64,000 bases of DNA. Origin: Laetmonice hystrix. Lineage: Eukaryota. The notes beneath the pieces are model-generated. The model saw nothing but the letters and a program-made list of their open reading frames with translations. It had not been told where the DNA came from and did not search any database. Below, piece by piece: positions 62,009 through 64,000 of the stretch (within the stretch, counting starts at the first letter, position 1; each line of letters begins with the position of its first letter). A program made the translations under genes and the position numbers. The stretch spans positions 20,214,001 to 20,278,000 of the forward strand of contig OZ249436.1 in the NCBI GenBank assembly GCA_965235115.1, written 5' to 3'.

Positions 62009-64000
62009 CCTCATGCACCTCTCGACAGGAGAGTTCCTGCACCTCCTCCTTCATACTTAACGCAATATACAGTGCCCGTGCAAGAGATCTGGCCCAGTTT
62101 AAATTCTCCTTCTGTCTTGTCAATGTAAAGGAACGTGGACGCTGGTGAACAGTTGGTCACCTCTCGTTTACACAAGTACGAGAAAAGTGAACACGACGTA
62201 AACGTTCGACAATTGAATTTTTGACTCACAGTGAGATCGTCGTATTGTCTACTGAGATTTTAAATGAGCCAAGGGGAACCAGAGATTAAGGTTTTACTGC
62301 TATAAGTCACATTATGTCGGCTAGTTTTGTCATCTCCAGTGATAGATTAGAGTTCCGTGCCTTTCTAAAAAAGATTAATTTTAGAAAGAAAATGGAGAAA
62401 TGGCACTGCGCCTACGCCATATACGACCAAGCAGTATTACCGTGGTTAAATATGGCCAGACTTGCCTGTCTTCCGGCGATTTGGCTCCAGCGCTCGGTGT
62501 GCTATAATGCACTTACGAACGACCGCACAACGCATCTGCGCAATAATTTTGATTCATGTTCAGATAAATGCGCAGGGCCTTAGAGACCAATGCTCTGCTA
62601 ATAGGATGTGTGACAACCTCGTACTGAAGTTCGGCGAAGCTGTCCACGAGTTATAAATAAACATGTTTAAAATAGAAGGCGATTAATGTTGGATCAAACA
62701 TATAGCTCTATAATCATAATTGCATTTTATGACACCATGTAAATAATTCCGTTATATTGCGTTGGTTACAAGATCTAGTGATAGGTTTCATACGTGATGT
62801 AAATATATGCCTCCGCCCACTGAAGGTCTCGCGAACTCGAGGACACCTGTTGTCAGTTTATAATTTATGTATGAACACTGATAACACGATTACGTGCATG
62901 TCGGCCTCTATATTTACTTCAATCTGCTGAATCCGCTATGATCGTTTAGGTGGTCGGACGAGTACGTCTGCATTGTCTCCTCATTGTGCCTCGTCAGCAT
63001 TTGCTTCGCCAGGATTTCCTTTTGGGGAATCTTTGGTGGAGATGTCAGGAGATTGTTCAGTTGGTGGGAGGGGGTGGAAGTGTCTTCATGCATGATTGTC
63101 ATGAGGTCGGAGTCAGAAGACAGGCATGACTGGAGAGTTTGTCGCGTCATTAAAGCTGAATTTCAGGTTGTGCAGAAGCCGAGGGGTATTAACATTACCG
63201 ATGCACAAACCTCACCTGAAAAGGACATACGAGCAGTCTGCTATATTCTGCATCAACTGCTCTTCCCTTTTATTTCCGCCCGAAGCGGTGACAGGTCCTG
63301 TCACATTCTTGGACGGTTTCCCGTTGCCTGCAATTGAAGTAGGCTGCCGACTGACAACTTCCGAGAGACGTTTGGAAGAAACGTTGATGAGACGTAAAGT
63401 GCGGAATCCGAAGCGACATCCGGTTGAATCCATCACACTGTTTGTCGGCTTGGATTTTTCTCGGCACACGAGGGAGCGATTAAAGTGACAAACAGAACCG
63501 TCACGGCTGTAGAGGCCTTGGCTGTGGGAGTACACGTAAAATACATTTTTGAGTATATCCGATTATACAGGAACTTTAACATCAGAATTGGAATTCTAAA
63601 TTAGACCTGCCACGACTGATTGGTGGCTCGGAAGGATTGGAAGCACGGTTGAGGTCTGCTGCATGCGTTTCTAAATACAAACGGTTAACGTTCTTTTGCT
63701 AAACTCGATAGCAGTTCGAGATCGCTTTTATTGTCTTAAATAGTGACAAATGACCGTCATCTACAGTGACGAATTATGTAAGTGCGATATTTTGCTGTGA
63801 TAGTATATCTACTTGCGCGAAACTAAAGACGGTCGAGAAAGCATTGGATAAGCAAATATGCTTTATGTAATAAGAAAAATAAAATAAAGAAGAAGGCAAC
63901 TTTTCGCTTGGCGCACCAAGGTTTGTATAAAAAACCGTCGTTGTTTTATAATGCCACGAAGGATACTGATTTCAGATCTATGAGGCATTCTCTTGAGAGT

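Larger units (their letters stand above)
42602..64000 (+). other. Putative large phase-0 intron of the GPCR (>21 kb, runs off the window)
   Basis: GT donor at 42602. No TM6 (CWLP) or TM7 (NPxxY) exon was seen by eye or in the ORF track downstream. Confidence 0.65.

Noticed and set aside
62914..63535. Overlapping 65-120 aa ORFs as the missing receptor exon or another gene
   Set aside because: No CWLP or NPxxY, no transmembrane pattern, and in-frame stops between segments.

Overview
This is eukaryotic (animal, probably protostome invertebrate) genomic DNA, not a prokaryotic operon: it is gene-poor and repeat-rich. Only one protein-coding segment is supportable, the first coding exon of a class A neuropeptide GPCR (41744-42601, +). 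It encodes the N-terminus to the end of ICL3 and best resembles leucokinin/lymnokinin receptors. It ends at a phase-0 GT donor, and I cannot find the TM6-TM7 exon in the remaining 21 kb. Most other recognisable structure is repetitive. (i) A 5.5-kb Helentron-associated (HINE/DINE-1-like) element carries 16 x 258-bp satellite monomers with a 1290-bp higher-order duplication. (ii) About ten minisatellites have units of 21-71 bp. (iii) Many non-autonomous DNA transposons (MITEs) can be grouped by TSD: TTAA, TTA, TA, and a recurrent 5-bp-TSD group. (iv) A nested Harbinger-like fold-back composite is present. (v) A tRNA-derived Pol III head lies next to hairpins that share a TCGCT-N-CGCTC-type loop. 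Almost all other ORFs in the track are by-products of repeats. I see no convincing evidence of a new multi-gene system. The best leads are structural and mobile-DNA observations. All family assignments come from structural hallmarks and recalled motifs; no database search was run.
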